From assembly GCF_000143415.4 (NCBI RefSeq), contig NW_003314323.1:748499-812498 (forward strand): a stretch of 64,000 nucleotides of DNA. Reading direction: 5' to 3'. Both the position numbers and the translations under genes were made by a program. Each line of letters begins with the position of its first letter. The first letter of the stretch is position 1. Shown one piece after another: positions 61,621 to 64,000 of this stretch. Below the pieces are notes generated by a model. That model was not told where the DNA came from, did no database searches, and saw only the letters and a program-made list of their open reading frames with translations. This DNA comes from Selaginella moellendorffii. Its lineage: Eukaryota; Plantae; Lycopodiophyta.

Positions 61621-62343
61621 TTTCATCACAGCCGTTCATCATGGATGCAGTAAATCTTCACTGTACAATAAATAATAAATCTAGCACTGTACAATTTCTA
61701 TTCCGCCCTAGATTTGATCACGTGACAAAGTCCTTTTGAATTGTAATTTAATAATGGAGGTGTGCTCTAATATGACTATGTCATAATGTGAAATAATGTC
61801 ACAGACGCATGTGTTGAATTGATCACAGTACGAAATTGTTAGAAAATATAAGATTATTAAATCGTAAGGTGTTATTTCCAAAGTAATGTATATAGATAAT
61901 TTACTATAGGTGCTAGATGGTAGTACAAAGATGGAATATATTTAAATGAGTTCAGAAGAATATGATGATTTCTAGCTTTAATGAAGTACTGAAAATATGT
62001 ACAATATTTAATTTATTTGGTAACAATTGGTTGATGGTAGATCCTAGAATAAAATCATTCCTATCTTTCATATTATGGCACATGCTTGATGTGATATTTC
62101 TTTCCGTTCTACCAAAAGTTAGTGCATATAATAAATTTGAGTATGTTTTTGAATTCAATGTATATAGACAATTAATATTGTACAACATAGTCCTATATAC
62201 TTCATACAGAATTTATTATAACAACATTATTCGATGTTAGATCCTAGAATAAAATCGCCCTATCTTTTCACATAATGGCATAGCACATGTGAGGTGACAT
62301 TTCATTATAAAAGTTCAGAGTTCCAAAACCTAAAGGCAACAAA

Positions 62344-64000
62344 ATGGAGGGCTTCCTTTTGCATTACCAAGATCACCCACCGCTTTCTATCTCCCAGAGT
62401 CTTATTTCAGAAAGTTTTCTTTGCCGACATTTCGATCTTTCTCTCGGTTCTATTTCATTGGAAGCTGTGATTCGCAACAACATTGGTGTAGTTGAACGAT
62501 CGGAGTTTCTTCTTTCGGGTGTAGGTGAAGGTGGACAACATTGGGATTTGCAACATTCCAAGTCGAAAGAGATTCGAGTTTTTGGATCTCCAATCAAAGT
62601 GCGAGGCTGTGATCCTGCTAAAGTCAATGTGAAGCAAGAGTCGGTCGTCATCATTTCTTCCTCTTCTAGTTCTAGTGGAGATGTTAGTCCAGTGCGAGCC
62701 AAGAATTTCCAAACTCCAACTTCACTGATATTCCAAGCTGTTTGCAACGCTTTCCAGTTTTCCCGCCTCTCTATCGATGTGCGTTCCTTTCTGCATAGGC
62801 TCGTTAGCGAGCTCCCATCTACATACAATGGCAATATCTTCTTTGAACTACCACCTCTTGTCATCTCAAAACGAANNNNNNNNNNNNNNNNNNNNNNNNN
62901 NNNNNNNNNNNNNNNNNNNNNNNNNNNNNNNNNNNNNNNNNNNNNNNNNNNNNNNNNNNNNNNNNNNNNNNNNNNCACACATTTCCAACATTTCGAAGGC
63001 ACAGTGTCCATGGTTCATTGTGGTGGGTATTTGGATTGTGTGAATAAAGCATGCAATCAAGAGCGTGGTAAAAACTCCATATTTTTTGAAGGATCTGCAA
63101 CCAATCCTCCCCTCTGTGACACCATTGGTGTTGGATTCAAGTGTCGGTTTTGCAAGAATGCTCCATTGTGTCGTGCCATCTGCGGGGCCAAGATGTACTA
63201 TTTTCTTCCACGGGATGGAGAGGTTGGTAGAGCTGCAGTACATATTGGCACGCACACACATCCAATGCAGGAAGGGATACAAAGGAGTTCAGTCAACCAT
63301 TTCAAAGATGCAGTGCAGATAGAGACTGTGAGAAACTCATCTGCAACTCCGAAGCATGTTCAGAAGATAGTGCTCAAGGATTTTATCGCAAATACTTTAC
63401 TTGATCCGGACTACAAGAATACTCAACTGGATGAGGCTAGCTTGCAGGAGTTACTACGACATGTGCAACCTGCAACTAGCCTTAGAAGGTATGAAAATAT
63501 TATTACATACTTTTCAATAATATCTCTCTTACATTTTGTTTTATTTAGGATAAAGTCTTGGATGTGTGAATCTCGAGAGGGGAAACTCCAATCAAAAATC
63601 GACTCAATCCTTGAACTAAAACGGACTTGTCCCTATGAGTTTATCCATGGGAGTTTATTTCCAGATCAAGTCGTTAGTGAGCAAGAGCGCCCCTTCGTTT
63701 TCAAAATGTCTACCATGGGCCCTGCCTCTTGTGTGGATCTTGTTTCCCGAATGGATATGTCTGGGTCAAGTGACCTTGCTAATGCATGGGTACATTTTGA
63801 CCATATGGAGCGGGTGGCAGGTTGGACAACCATGGGAGCTCATGTGTATGATCCAAGGTAGTTTTTTTTCTCATTATCTTAAAATGGTTTTAAACATTGC
63901 ACTTTTCACAGGCTACGTTGTAACTTGACAATTGCAACGGTAGAGTTTAAAGTACAAGACCAGATGGCTCAAGAAATATTTTGGAAGTCCCTCTCCGACA
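62344..64000 (+). CDS. Mutator-like DDE transposase with GCM/WRKY-fold Zn domain; continues beyond window
   Basis: CGGYLDCVNKAC...CRFC...CGAKMYY...HIGTHTHP, then WVHFDHMERVAGWTTMGAHVYDPR/LRCNLTIATVEFKVQDQMAQEIFWKSL (first catalytic Asp region). Introns about 63489-63549 and 63858-63911. Confidence 0.65.
62876..62975. other. Assembly gap (100 N)
   Basis: Run of exactly 100 N inside the transposase ORF. Confidence 0.99.

Larger units (their letters stand above)
54457..64000. mobile_element. Putative large Mutator-like DNA transposon carrying a ParB-MTase gene and zf-XS-like genes; extends beyond window
   Basis: Sharp insertion junction starting GGGGATGGTCTAAAG, subterminal palindromes and repeats, internal transposase ORF. 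The right end is not visible, so it is inferred, not shown, that all genes belong to one element. Confidence 0.6.

Overview
Eukaryotic plant genomic DNA. Very short (~50-70 bp) GT-AG introns, tiny intergenic spaces and the gene content suggest a compact non-seed land-plant genome such as Selaginella (inference). Positions 1-8.6 kb form a dense, intact gene block: 3' part of a SPA-type WD40 gene, a PRR clock gene whose receiver keeps the phospho-acceptor Asp, an unknown acidic protein, RabC/Rab18 and PPDK regulatory protein. Positions 8.8-54.4 kb are a rearranged, decaying region: a ~5.4 kb inverted duplication, one apparently intact and three eroded copies of the rhodanese-FSH1 gene STR6, two 2OG-Fe(II) oxygenase relics with complementary deletions, a 5'-truncated GMI1/SMCHD1-like hinge pseudogene, three copies of an unknown gene, Gypsy relics and an integrase-core transposase relic. 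From 54457 to the window end lies the best candidate for a novel system: a large putative Mutator-like DNA transposon, inserted at a base-resolvable site. It carries (i) a GCM/WRKY-type Zn-domain DDE transposase, (ii) divergently, an intact 8-exon gene (1092 aa by manual splicing) fusing a ParB/Srx-like domain to a prokaryote-style beta-class N4C/N6A DNA amino-methyltransferase, and (iii) two tandem small zf-XS-like zinc-finger genes. All domain calls are by-eye motif recognition; no database searches were run.
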